Shown here in pieces: positions 39,850-49,620 of a stretch of DNA of 64,000 bases. Source of the DNA: an uncultured Planctomycetota bacterium (GTDB lineage: Bacteria > Planctomycetota > Planctomycetia > Isosphaerales > Isosphaeraceae); the NCBI GenBank assembly GCA_963823665.1, contig CAWGMQ010000003.1:1536001-1600000 (forward strand). Reading direction: 5' to 3'. How positions within the stretch are numbered: the stretch's first letter is position 1; every line of letters starts with the position of its first letter. The position numbers and the translations under genes are program-made. The notes beneath the pieces were generated by a model. It searched no databases. It saw nothing but the letters and a program-made list of their open reading frames with translations, and was not told the DNA's origin.

Positions 39850-41175
39850 CTAGCAGAACGGCTTCAGGGCGCGGCGCATCGAGGTGGCGTCGGGGTAGCG
39901 GACTTTGGGGTCGCGCGCCAGGCAGGTTTCGATGACTTCGGCCAGGGCCGGATCGACGTCGCTCCGGCGAGTGCGGACGGGCACGGAGGGTTCTTCGAGC
40001 AGCATACGAATCAAGTCGCCGCCACCGGCGGGCTCGTCGTAGACGTACTGGCAGGTCAAGAGGTAGTAGAGCGTGGCGGCGGTGGCGTACAGGTCTGCCA
40101 GCGGCGTGACGGTCTTGAAATCGAGCATCTGCTCGGGCGGCATGAACGGCACGGTGCCGCGCATCTCGCCCGAGAAGGTCAGGCCGGAGAGCCCGACGCC
40201 GCGAAAGCTCTTCGCCAGGCCGAAGTCGGAGATCTTCACCATGAGGCCATCGGTGGTGTTGGCGATCAAGATGTTTTCGGGCTTGATGTCGCGATGCACG
40301 AACCCGTGCTGGTGGGCTTGTTCGAGGCCGCGCAGCACCTGACTAGTGAGCCGGCAGGCTTGCTTCACCGGATAGCGGCCGGGGCTGGCCTTGGCCAGCG
40401 TCTCGAGATTGGAGCCGGCGACATACTCCATCGCGAACCAGAACTGACCCCGGGTCATGCCTTGCTCGTACCACTCGACGATGTTGGGGTGCCTGAGCTG
40501 GCTGATCACCGACATCTCGCGCTGAAAACGGTCGATCGCCGCGCGGGTCGTGGCCGATTCGGGCATGATCAGCTTGAGTGCGACCATCTGGCCGGTGAGA
40601 TTGTGGCGGGCCTGGTACACCACACCCATGGCGCCCCTGCCGAGCTCACGGAGGGTCGTGTAGTACGGCACGGGCTGGGGCAACGACGCGGCCTCGGAAC
40701 GACAGAGCACGCACCACCATTCCACCGCTTCGAGCGGGCCGTTGGATGGGCCGGCGATCGTCAGATTTTGGGGCGCCAGGCAGTTGCAGCCTGCACAACG
40801 AATCTGAACGGGCCGCTTCGTAGTCGAATCACCGACCTTGCCCGTCATGTCATCGCCCGAGGAAAGCGAGTGGGTGGACGAGTGCACGCCCACGCGAAAG
40901 ACGCTCTGGCCCGCGGCGATCATGTCGCCCGAGTGAAGCCGGACTCGCTCGACCCGCTGATTGTTGACAAACGTGCCGTTGGTGCTGCCCAGGTCACGCA
41001 GCTCACACTGTGGCGGGTTGATCTCAATCATGAAGTGATCGCGGGAGAGCGCCATGTCCTCAGGCATCGGACAATGGACGTATCTCGACCGGCCGACGAT
41101 GAACGTATCGTGACGCTCGAAGACGAACGACCGGCCCTTCTGTGGGCCCTCCATTACATCCAGAATCACACGCAT
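39850..41175 (-). CDS. FHA-domain Ser/Thr protein kinase
   Basis: FHA motifs VGRS..SRDH..DLGSTNGT; Cys-containing linker; GRGAMG, HRDIKPEN, DFG. Confidence 0.95.
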   Translation of the reverse strand: MRVILDVMEGPQKGRSFVFERHDTFIVGRSRYVHCPMPEDMALSRDHFMIEINPPQCELRDLGSTNGTFVNNQRVERVRLHSGDMIAAGQSVFRVGVHSSTHSLSSGDDMTGKVGDSTTKRPVQIRCAGCNCLAPQNLTIAGPSNGPLEAVEWWCVLCRSEAASLPQPVPYYTTLRELGRGAMGVVYQARHNLTGQMVALKLIMPESATTRAAIDRFQREMSVISQLRHPNIVEWYEQGMTRGQFWFAMEYVAGSNLETLAKASPGRYPVKQACRLTSQVLRGLEQAHQHGFVHRDIKPENILIANTTDGLMVKISDFGLAKSFRGVGLSGLTFSGEMRGTVPFMPPEQMLDFKTVTPLADLYATAATLYYLLTCQYVYDEPAGGGDLIRMLLEEPSVPVRTRRSDVDPALAEVIETCLARDPKVRYPDATSMRRALKPFC

Positions 41176-41520
41176 CGTATCATCTCGTCAGGTTCACAGC
41201 CTTTGCCGGACCGGGCTGCGCCATCCGGCGTGACATGCCCGGTCGCGAGAAACTGGCTGCACCCTTGATGTGCTCCGTCCGTTGTTGGCGGTTTCAAGGA
41301 GTTCTACGCTCTACATGCAAAGAATGTGGCTCGCGCGGCAAAAAACCCTGAACGGACTGCACCGGGCCGTGCAACCACTCAATTTGCAAACGAGCAATCA
41401 CTCACGACCGCCGCAGGACCGGCTAGGGTCTCTGCAAATAACAACGAAATGGCGAACGACTGAGCGTCGGAATTCATTGTTCGGAGTCGGCGGGCTGGGT
41501 TCAAGTCCAACGCGTGTGCA

Positions 41521-43500
41521 TTAGCCTGGAGGTGTATTCGGGGCGGCTGCCGGGGCGACCGGTGGTGCTGCCGGATTTGCCGGATTTTCGGCGGAGGCCG
41601 GGGTGCTCGCGGCGGCGGCCGGGGCTGTTGTGGTTGCGGGTGCGGGTGCGGTCGCGCCCGGGGCCGAAGCGCGCGATGACGGTCCCCACTGAAACGACCT
41701 GATCACGTCTTCAACGTTTTTGCGAACGACTAGATGGTCGGTCCGCTCGGTGTAGGAATGAACGACCATCCGCTGTGTCTGGTTGAACTCGACAAGATAA
41801 ACGTCGGCGTAGACCGGATTCTTGTCCCGCTGCTTCAAGGCGGCTTCGATGCGGTAGACCCGTCGTTTCGAGTCTTTCCAGTCTGCGTCGTCGAGCCAGC
41901 CGGCCGGGCCTCTGGTGACGGTCTGCTGGTCATGCAGCCATTCCTCGTCCAGGCCCTTTTTGAGGCCCGCGGGATCGCGAAAGACCTGTTCGGAAGTTGA
42001 ATTACCCGTCTTGGTTGGGACCACCAAGACGAGCGCGGCATCGCCGGCACCGGGGTGTTTGTCAACGAACTCGACTCTGGAGGGCACTGAGATCGCCGGC
42101 CGCACTTTGATGTACTCCTGCGGATGGCGGAAGTGAAATCGTCCTTCCGGGTCATCAAAGACGACCCAGGCGTTGTTCCCGACCACGGTCGGGGGAGCGT
42201 TGGGTAGCGGCAGAGGTGTGGGTGCGGGCCCGGGCTCGCCAGCCGCAAGCGACATGGGCCGGCGCTCGACGGTGAGCTCGATCGTGAGTTTGTGCTTCAA
42301 GCGCCCCTCGCCTTCCGGCAGCATTCCGACCCTGACGAGCGAGAGGTCAGCCCGCTTGATCGAGCCATCCGCTGTCACGACCTTCGAGCCTCCTTCAGTC
42401 GCGCCAGCCGCGGGAAGCGCGACGCCCCGAGGCACGAACTCGAAAATCATCCGGGCGTGGAATGCACCGGGTTGGCCCTCGACATCGAACTTGCCCGCGA
42501 TATCGATCTCGGCCATGTAGCTATTCCCGTTCGGCGAGCGAGTGACTTCCGTCAGCGTGCCGGTCAGCTCGTATCCTTCCTCGTCGGGCGCCCGCCCGGA
42601 GACGCTCAAAACGGCGGCAGGCGGAACCCCCCATGTCTCGCTCACTCGTTTCGGGGTCGCGGGGAAAAATTTAATCAAATTGGAAATGCTCACCTCCTCC
42701 TCGATCATGCCATATTCGTCTTCGCGGATCGGGCGATCGGGAGTGAGGCTGATGATCTGGGGCCGGAGCGGCGGACGGTGGCGGTACCAGATGGTCAGTC
42801 CCTGCAAAAGCGGTGGATTCACCGGACGCGGCTTCACGAGATCCCTGAGCACGACTTTATCGTAGCGCCGGACCAGATCGATGGGCTCGCCGAGCTTGCC
42901 GACCTTGGCCGCGCGCTCGGCGTAGACGATGGTGCGGCTGCGCTGGTTGCGTTCCGGGGCCCCCTGAGGCCGCTCGATTTCGTACTTGGTGGTTTCGAGC
43001 ATGCCGACGCGATATTGCGTGAGCATTTGCGGCAGCCTGGGATCGTCCTCGATGCCGTAGCGCTCGACGAACTTGTAGCGCGTGCTCAGGGCCCCAACCG
43101 CCTCGAGCGCGGCTTTGCGATCCGCGTCGGTCAAGGGCGGCTCGGCGTTCTTCTTGGTATCGCCAGGAGCGGGAGGAGCCGGCTTCTCGGTGTCGGCAGG
43201 CGCAGTCGGAGCCGCTTTTTCCTTGTCATCCGGCGCGGTCGGGGCGTCCTTCTTCTTCTCGTCCGGCGCGGATTCCTTCTTCTGGACATCCTGCGGCGCG
43301 CTTTCGAGCCCCTGTGGCAAGTCCGGGGGCGGCGGCGGGGCCGCTTTGGGCGCCTCCACCTTGGGGGGCTCGTCCTGGGCCGCTGCGGTCGCCACGGTCG
43401 TGGCGGGGAGCAGCAATGTGACCGCTGCGATCAGCATCACCCGCGTTCGGGTTCGCCAGGTGCCCGGCTCGCTTGCGGAACGGCTAATCAGCTCGCCCAT
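41521..43500 (-). CDS. Large exported hypothetical protein with Pro/Ala/Lys-rich linkers
   Basis: Signal peptide (..TAAAQDEP), low-complexity termini, beta-rich core. Confidence 0.75.
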   Translation of the reverse strand: MGELISRSASEPGTWRTRTRVMLIAAVTLLLPATTVATAAAQDEPPKVEAPKAAPPPPPDLPQGLESAPQDVQKKESAPDEKKKDAPTAPDDKEKAAPTAPADTEKPAPPAPGDTKKNAEPPLTDADRKAALEAVGALSTRYKFVERYGIEDDPRLPQMLTQYRVGMLETTKYEIERPQGAPERNQRSRTIVYAERAAKVGKLGEPIDLVRRYDKVVLRDLVKPRPVNPPLLQGLTIWYRHRPPLRPQIISLTPDRPIREDEYGMIEEEVSISNLIKFFPATPKRVSETWGVPPAAVLSVSGRAPDEEGYELTGTLTEVTRSPNGNSYMAEIDIAGKFDVEGQPGAFHARMIFEFVPRGVALPAAGATEGGSKVVTADGSIKRADLSLVRVGMLPEGEGRLKHKLTIELTVERRPMSLAAGEPGPAPTPLPLPNAPPTVVGNNAWVVFDDPEGRFHFRHPQEYIKVRPAISVPSRVEFVDKHPGAGDAALVLVVPTKTGNSTSEQVFRDPAGLKKGLDEEWLHDQQTVTRGPAGWLDDADWKDSKRRVYRIEAALKQRDKNPVYADVYLVEFNQTQRMVVHSYTERTDHLVVRKNVEDVIRSFQWGPSSRASAPGATAPAPATTTAPAAAASTPASAENPANPAAPPVAPAAAPNTPPG

Positions 43501-43643
43501 GTTTCACCGCCTTGGAATCGTCTCGAACTTCGGTTGGAGAGAGCGATGCGCGCCAGCGATCGACCATCGTTCCAATGGTTCCCACGAAAGGATCCATTAA
43601 ACCATATCACAACCGGTGCTGGGTACGGCCGTGAGGGCTCGCT

Positions 43644-45134
43644 TCATTTTTCGTATCGCGACTCCGGAGCCGGGGCAAGCCAGCGAAGCGACCCGACCAG
43701 CTCGAGGTCATTTTCGCCGAAGGCTTTCTGATGGTCGAGGGCCAGAGTGAACGTGGCAAGAAGCTGCTCGCCGGAAGGGCTGGCGAGCAGGTAATAGTAC
43801 CAGAGCACGCCAAGGTCTCCTTCGCGACCTTGAACGCCGACCCGGTACCGGAAGCCCCCATCCGGGCGGCCGCCCACCTCACCGGCGCCCAGGAACTGCA
43901 CGAAACGGTCTTTCAGGCCGCGGCGAATGTCGTCGCGGAACTGGCCCGGATCTTGATGCCGTCCCTTGCCGGCCCTGGGGCCGGCCATGAGGTTGCACTG
44001 AGCGACGACACGGCCGCCGTCCAAGCATTTCAAGATGGCCATCCGGGAATCCTCCCAGAAGATATGCCAGTTGCGGTCCGCGAGCATCGTTGAACGCCCG
44101 CCGGGCAAGGTGATCTGCAAGCGCTCGCTCTCGCGGCGGCCGCCCAAGGGAACGCCGGCAAGAGCGGAATCGGCCAGAGCCTCGGGAGGGTCTGCGGGAT
44201 GTCGCGAGACAATGAGCGTGCTCTTCATGTCGAGCCCGGCCTCGACCGGGCCGGCCTGGCGCGTTTCCACCCGGTTCAAGTCGAGCCGATCGAGCCGGCC
44301 GGCTTCGCGGTCAAAGGTCGCGTACCCGTCGCAGCCGATAGTGCCTTTGCCCCCGTAAGCCGAGCCCTCGACCCGCCCCTTCAAGCGGATGCGGGCCTTG
44401 CTCTCGTCGAGGGATTCGAGCACGGCCTCGAGGTTATTGGCGGTGATTGTGTCATAGCCGCTCATCACCTTGGCGGCTGCGTCGCGCACTTTCCAGCGAT
44501 CACCTGGTGCCACCTTGGTCTCGGGCAGGAGATCTCCGAGCGCGAGCGGGTCGCCCACCCCCTGCACCACCTCGAGCTCGGACCACGAGAGAGGTCCAGC
44601 CGGGCTGAAGACGACGACAGGCCAACCGCGATCGCGCCTCTGGGCTACCAGGAGAGCCACCTCGGCACGAAGAACCGCGGCCGTCGGACGAACCTCGCCG
44701 TTGATTGCCGCGGCCGCCTGGACGACATGCCGCACAACCGAGAGTGATCCGCCCTCCGGCGGATTCGACGGCTTCGCAGCCCGGCCCTCCGATGGGACGA
44801 TGAGCCCGTCGGGACTGACCGGCACGATGCGCTCGTGGAAGATGAGCCTGGTCTGGACGTCAAGCTCGCGTGGCTTGGGCATCTGGGCGCCATCGCCGCC
44901 GGCGCCCGCCGGCAAACCGGGCCGATAAAGCCCCTGGGCCTTGAGCTCGACCTGAACACGCGACGAGCTGCCGCTGCGCATGACCTCGCGCAGCTCGACG
45001 GTTTGCGGCGCCTGGACTTCCCGCACCAAGTCGCCGTGAGGCGAGCCTGCCGCCGGGGCGCTCGTAACCAAGGCGGCGGCAAGCGTCGCCGACAAAGCCC
45101 AACACCAGAGCTGCTTCCGTGCCATCCGTTGCAC
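43644..45134 (-). CDS. Exported hypothetical protein
   Basis: Signal peptide; LLPETKVAPGDRW; C-terminal PsbP/Mog1-like pattern (YYYLLASP..LLATFT..LVGSLRW). Confidence 0.75.
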   Translation of the reverse strand: MQRMARKQLWCWALSATLAAALVTSAPAAGSPHGDLVREVQAPQTVELREVMRSGSSSRVQVELKAQGLYRPGLPAGAGGDGAQMPKPRELDVQTRLIFHERIVPVSPDGLIVPSEGRAAKPSNPPEGGSLSVVRHVVQAAAAINGEVRPTAAVLRAEVALLVAQRRDRGWPVVVFSPAGPLSWSELEVVQGVGDPLALGDLLPETKVAPGDRWKVRDAAAKVMSGYDTITANNLEAVLESLDESKARIRLKGRVEGSAYGGKGTIGCDGYATFDREAGRLDRLDLNRVETRQAGPVEAGLDMKSTLIVSRHPADPPEALADSALAGVPLGGRRESERLQITLPGGRSTMLADRNWHIFWEDSRMAILKCLDGGRVVAQCNLMAGPRAGKGRHQDPGQFRDDIRRGLKDRFVQFLGAGEVGGRPDGGFRYRVGVQGREGDLGVLWYYYLLASPSGEQLLATFTLALDHQKAFGENDLELVGSLRWLAPAPESRYEK

Positions 45135-45933
45135 TCCGCCATCGCTTCCGGCGAGCCCGACTCAGCCGCCAAAACCGGATGTTTCGGCAAAAGCCCACAT
45201 CTTGTCAATCTCTTTGCCCCACTTTTCGCATGGCCAGCAACCCACGCAGACGAATTCTATGTTTAACTAAGCGATCCTGTATTATCGAGTGAATTCCGCG
45301 AACAAATGATCGATGGGCAACGTCTGTCTAGGGCACGCCTTGTGAAATGGGCAGAGATCAACCGATAGCGGGCGAACGCAGACGAGGCACTGGGATTGGT
45401 TGAACGATCGGCGAAGCTGAGGCGCGAAAATTGCGTGCAGTTGCCAGAAAGCTTGGGTTCGTTGAGTTTGGGGGCACTCGTGTCAAAGATGGCATTTGGG
45501 CGCATCCATCGATGCTTCGAGCGGTGATGAAGCATGCACAGTGTTTGTGATCATCCCGCTGTTTTGCATCCATGAATGCAATCACGCGTCACAAGTTTGA
45601 CCGATCCAACGTTAGAGGTAATGCGTATAGGTGATAGGGAAAAAAGGCAAGAGAGTGGTGGCTGTCGAAGTTGGTCCCGGTGGCCGACGCGAGGTTGAGC
45701 GATGCTAGCCTGCGGAACGGGCGTCGGCGGAAAAGGCTGTAATAAAATAAGTTGAAACAGCGAACAGCCTCACGAAATCGAGTGACGGGGTGGGAGAAAC
45801 GAATCGATTCCAGTCCTATATTGTTAGTCGCGGGGTATTGGCAGAGTTCGACGGTGTAAGTATTCGAGTGCATCTTCGCGAGTGGAAAAGAGGTAACCGA
45901 GGTAACCGACAGGGGAGACAGGGGAGATAGAGG

Positions 45934-47613
45934 ATGGGAAAGGCGTACCGCCATCCCGCGGTGAAACAGTTAAAGGACCAGCAGACGCGGTATGCGCCTC
46001 GGGAACGGCGGCTCGAGCAGGTTGAGCGGGCGGAGCAGCTTCTGGGCGAGATAGACAGGACGAAACGTTATCCATATGAATATTTGTGTTATCGGATCAC
46101 AGGATTTCGCCCTGACGGCTGGCCGGCCCTGGTGCTGGATGGAGTGGATGTTCAGCACGATCTTCGATTGTTCGTGGAGGACCTTTCAGCGACGGCCCGG
46201 CAACCGGTTGAGAATGTAGAGGAGGCGGTTTTCACGGTTGATCAGGTGAGCCAACGATTTAATGTGACGCCCCGCACCGTGACGAGGTGGCGTCGCCAGG
46301 GGTTAGTGGCCCGTCGATTTGTGATTGGCGGCCGGACGAAGGTGGGGTTTCTCGAATCGAGCTTGCAACGATTTGTCACGGCCCATCAGGGGCAGGTCGA
46401 GCGAGGCTCAAGGTTTCGGCAACTTACAGAGGCGGAGCGCGACGAGATCATCAGGCGCGCTCGCCGCATGGCGCTGGTTCGACCCGGGCAAGCGAGCCTG
46501 GTTGAAATCGCGCGGAGGATCGCACGCAAGATGTCACGCTCAACAGAAACTGTCAGATTGACTTTGAGAGCCTACGACCGGGTTCATCCGGACCGGGCGA
46601 TTTTCCCGGCCGCGGCTCCGTCGCTGGACGAAGATGCGAAGTCCCAGATCTACCGGCGGTTCCGGCTGGGTGTCTCCGCCGAGGTTCTGGCGCGGCAGTA
46701 CGGGCGCACACGGTCGAGTATATACCGCCTGATCAATGAAGTGCGGGCCGAGCGGATCTTGAGCACCAAGCTCGAGCTGATCGAGCACGCGAGCTTCGCC
46801 GAGCCTGCGATGGCCGCCGAGATCATGGCGCCCTTGCCCGAGCCCGCCGACGGCAAGGCCCCGCGGCGCCCCAAGGCGCCCAAGGGTCTACCCCCCTACC
46901 TGGGCAGCCTGTACGAGGTGCCGCTCCTGGACCGCGAGCAGGAGAAGCACCTGTTCCGGAAAATGAACTACTACAAATATCTGGCGCTCCAGCTTCGTCA
47001 GAAGATTGATCCCAGCCGGGCCAAGACGTCGGACCTGGACGAGATCGAGCGGCTGCAGGAAGAGGCGCTCGCGGTGAAGAACCAGATCATTCGCTCGAAC
47101 CTGCGGCTGGTCGTTTCGATCGCCAAGCGGCACGTCGGGCCCTCGAACAACTTCTTCGAGCTGGTCTCCGACGGCAACATGTCGCTGATCCGGGCGGTCG
47201 AGAAGTTTGACTTTTCACGGGGCAACAAGTTCAGCACGTATGCCTCGTGGGCCATCATGAAGAATTTCGCACGCACCATCCCGGAAGAGAACTATCGCCG
47301 CGACCGGTTCGTCACGGGCCATGAAGAGATGTTCGAGGCTGCCGCCGACAACCGGACGGACGAGCACGAATATGAGAGCGCCCTCAAGCGGATGCAGGAA
47401 GCTGTGAAGGGGATGCTTGGGCACCTGGACGAGCGCGAGCGGAAGATCATCATCAGCCGCTTTGGCCTGGGCGGCGTGAGCGAGCAAACGCTCGAGCAGC
47501 TCGGACGCGAGCTGGGAATCACGAAGGAACGCGTACGCCAGATCGAGTCTCGAGCGCAGGAGAAGCTGCGCAAGATCGCCAATGAGGAACGGCTCGACTT
47601 GCCGATGCTGTAA
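45934..47613 (+). CDS. Sigma-70-family RNA polymerase sigma factor with long multi-HTH N-terminal extension
   Basis: Region 2 NLRLVVSIAKRH..LIRAVEKFDFSRGNKFSTYASWAI and region 4 TLEQLGRELGITKERVRQIE. Three HTH-like segments lie in the first 270 aa. Confidence 0.93.
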   Translation: MGKAYRHPAVKQLKDQQTRYAPRERRLEQVERAEQLLGEIDRTKRYPYEYLCYRITGFRPDGWPALVLDGVDVQHDLRLFVEDLSATARQPVENVEEAVFTVDQVSQRFNVTPRTVTRWRRQGLVARRFVIGGRTKVGFLESSLQRFVTAHQGQVERGSRFRQLTEAERDEIIRRARRMALVRPGQASLVEIARRIARKMSRSTETVRLTLRAYDRVHPDRAIFPAAAPSLDEDAKSQIYRRFRLGVSAEVLARQYGRTRSSIYRLINEVRAERILSTKLELIEHASFAEPAMAAEIMAPLPEPADGKAPRRPKAPKGLPPYLGSLYEVPLLDREQEKHLFRKMNYYKYLALQLRQKIDPSRAKTSDLDEIERLQEEALAVKNQIIRSNLRLVVSIAKRHVGPSNNFFELVSDGNMSLIRAVEKFDFSRGNKFSTYASWAIMKNFARTIPEENYRRDRFVTGHEEMFEAAADNRTDEHEYESALKRMQEAVKGMLGHLDERERKIIISRFGLGGVSEQTLEQLGRELGITKERVRQIESRAQEKLRKIANEERLDLPML

Positions 47614-47651
47614 GCCGAAAACAGGCTCTTGCGACCAGAACGATGCAACTG

Positions 47652-47718
47652 ACCGGGGCGACCCCGGGGATCCTCGGCTGTGATGGCCCGGGGAACCGAC
47701 CGGGGTCGCCCCGGTTTT
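47652..47718 (+). terminator. Long GC-rich inverted repeat downstream of the sigma gene
   Basis: ACCGGGGCGACCCCGG / CCGGGGTCGCCCCGGT 16-bp arms ending in a short T run. Confidence 0.55.
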
Positions 47719-47874
47719 GATTGCGCCGGGGCGGCGACGGAATTCGCGAAGCGCCGCGGCTTGCCAGGGGTGTTCGCGGCTTGTAACTTCGAAGCACGGG
47801 CACCGGGAGTGACGCGGAGCTGCGGCCAACGTGGTTTTTTGTTTGAACTCGGCACTTTACGAGGTTTTGCGGGT

Positions 47875-48543
47875 ATGGCAACTGCATCCGCACGAAAGCC
47901 GAAGGCCACCGGGAATCGGCCCGAGAATGTTGCGCAGTTGCTCCGCAGATTGGGGAGTATCCCTGCTTTTCGCGTTCGCCTGGAGCCCGCGCCCGGCACG
48001 GCGACCGAGCGCGACCTGATCCGCCACAACGAGAGCAAGCTCAAGACGGCGATTTGCGAGCTGGTGGATGGGACCCTGGTGGAGAAGGCCATGGGATGGG
48101 TCGAATCCGCGATTGCGATCGTGATCGCGACCGCATTGTCGAATTTCGTCGGGCCGCGGAAGCTCGGCACTGTGCTGGGGGCAGACGGCATGGTCCGGTT
48201 CTTTCCGGGGCTCGTCCGCGTGCCGGACGTGTCGTTCTTCTCGCGAGGAAAGCTTTCGCGGTCGAAGCATGGGTCGACCCCCATCGCGCCGGTCGCCGCC
48301 GATCTCGTGGTAGAGGTCGTGAGCAAACGCAACACCAAGCCCGAGATTGCGCGCAAACTCCGGGAGTATTTCGCCGCCGGCAGCCGGCTCGCCTGGGTGG
48401 TCAAGCCGAAGCCGCAGACGGTTCGAGTGCACACGACACCCGACGAGTCTGTCGTGCTCGGCCTCGAAGATTGGCTTGATGGCGGGAGCGTGCTGCCGGG
48501 ATTCCGCCTCGCGGTACGAGATCTGTTAAAGTTCGAAGACTGA
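47875..48543 (+). CDS. Uma2-family endonuclease
   Basis: CELVDGTLVEKAMG, RVPDVSF, DLVVEVVS..NT, EYFAAG. Confidence 0.92.
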   Translation: MATASARKPKATGNRPENVAQLLRRLGSIPAFRVRLEPAPGTATERDLIRHNESKLKTAICELVDGTLVEKAMGWVESAIAIVIATALSNFVGPRKLGTVLGADGMVRFFPGLVRVPDVSFFSRGKLSRSKHGSTPIAPVAADLVVEVVSKRNTKPEIARKLREYFAAGSRLAWVVKPKPQTVRVHTTPDESVVLGLEDWLDGGSVLPGFRLAVRDLLKFED

Positions 48544-48568
48544 CACTTCACGACCGAGCCCACGATCG

Positions 48569-49534
48569 ATGCAGCCCTCTCTTTTTGCCGAACATGATCG
48601 TCCCGCGCAGGCCGCCAGACTGGCTCCCATGCTCAAGGCCCTGGCCGCGCAAGGCATTTACTTCGGCACCAGCTCGTGGAAGTACGAAGGGTGGCTGGGC
48701 TCGATCTACACGCCCGAGCGGTACATGACGCGGGGCAAGTTTTCTCGGCGGAAGTTCGAGGACGAGTGCCTGGCGGAGTACGCCGAGACGTTTCCCGCGG
48801 TCGGCGGCGATTTCAGCTTCTATCAGTTCCCGGCGCCCGCGTACTGGAAGCGGCTGTTTGATTCCTCCCCTGCCTCGCTGCTCTTTGGCCTCAAGGTGCC
48901 GGAGGAGATCACCGTCGCCAAGTGGCCGGGGCATGCGCGGTATGGCGCTTGCGCGGGCCAACCGAACGCGAGTTTCCTGGACCATCATCTTTTCGAGATT
49001 GCGTTTCTGAGGCCGCTCGAGCCGTATCGGGACCGCATCGCCACGCTGATGTTCGAGTTCGGCACGTTCCCGAAAGCGACGTTTCCAAACGTGCAGGCGT
49101 TCTGCGAGCAGCTCGATTCGTTCCTCGGTGCCCTGCCCGGCGGCTTTCGTTATGGTGTCGAGATCCGCAATCGGGAGTATCTCGTCCCCGACTATTTCGG
49201 GATGCTCGAGAGGCACCGGACGGGCCATGTGTTCAATGCGTGGACGCGCATGCCCGAGATCGGCGTGCAGGCGAAGATGACGGGGTCGCTCACCGGAGAT
49301 TTCGTCGCCGCCCGGGCGCTCTTGCGATGCGGGAGAACCTACGAAAACGCGGTGAAGCAATTTGAGCCTTATCAGGTGACGCAGGAAGTCGATCCTTCGA
49401 CGCGGATCGCGCTCGAGGGGCTGGCTGAAGAGGCGCGAAAGGCACGAATGCCGGCGTTTCTGTTCGTGAACAACCGGCTCGAGGGGAATGCGCCGTCGAC
49501 GATCGAGGCGGTGGCGGCGCGACTTCTCTGTTGA
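48569..49534 (+). CDS. DUF72-family protein
   Basis: GTSSWKYEGW, DFSFYQFP, LKVPEEIT, VEIRN, FVNNRLEGNAP. Confidence 0.92.
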   Translation: MQPSLFAEHDRPAQAARLAPMLKALAAQGIYFGTSSWKYEGWLGSIYTPERYMTRGKFSRRKFEDECLAEYAETFPAVGGDFSFYQFPAPAYWKRLFDSSPASLLFGLKVPEEITVAKWPGHARYGACAGQPNASFLDHHLFEIAFLRPLEPYRDRIATLMFEFGTFPKATFPNVQAFCEQLDSFLGALPGGFRYGVEIRNREYLVPDYFGMLERHRTGHVFNAWTRMPEIGVQAKMTGSLTGDFVAARALLRCGRTYENAVKQFEPYQVTQEVDPSTRIALEGLAEEARKARMPAFLFVNNRLEGNAPSTIEAVAARLLC

Positions 49535-49535
49535 A

Positions 49536-49620
49536 AACAAAAAAGGGGACATAGCGAATATCTGCTCCGACTTGGTTTTGAAGATCGGCCAGTTAATGCG
49601 CTATGTCCCATTTTTTTGTT
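49536..49620. repeat. 85-nt element with ~21-bp terminal inverted repeats (MITE/REPIN-like; possible bidirectional terminator)
   Basis: AACAAAAAAGGGGACATAGCG ... CGCTATGTCCCATTTTTTTGTT between convergent genes. Confidence 0.7.
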
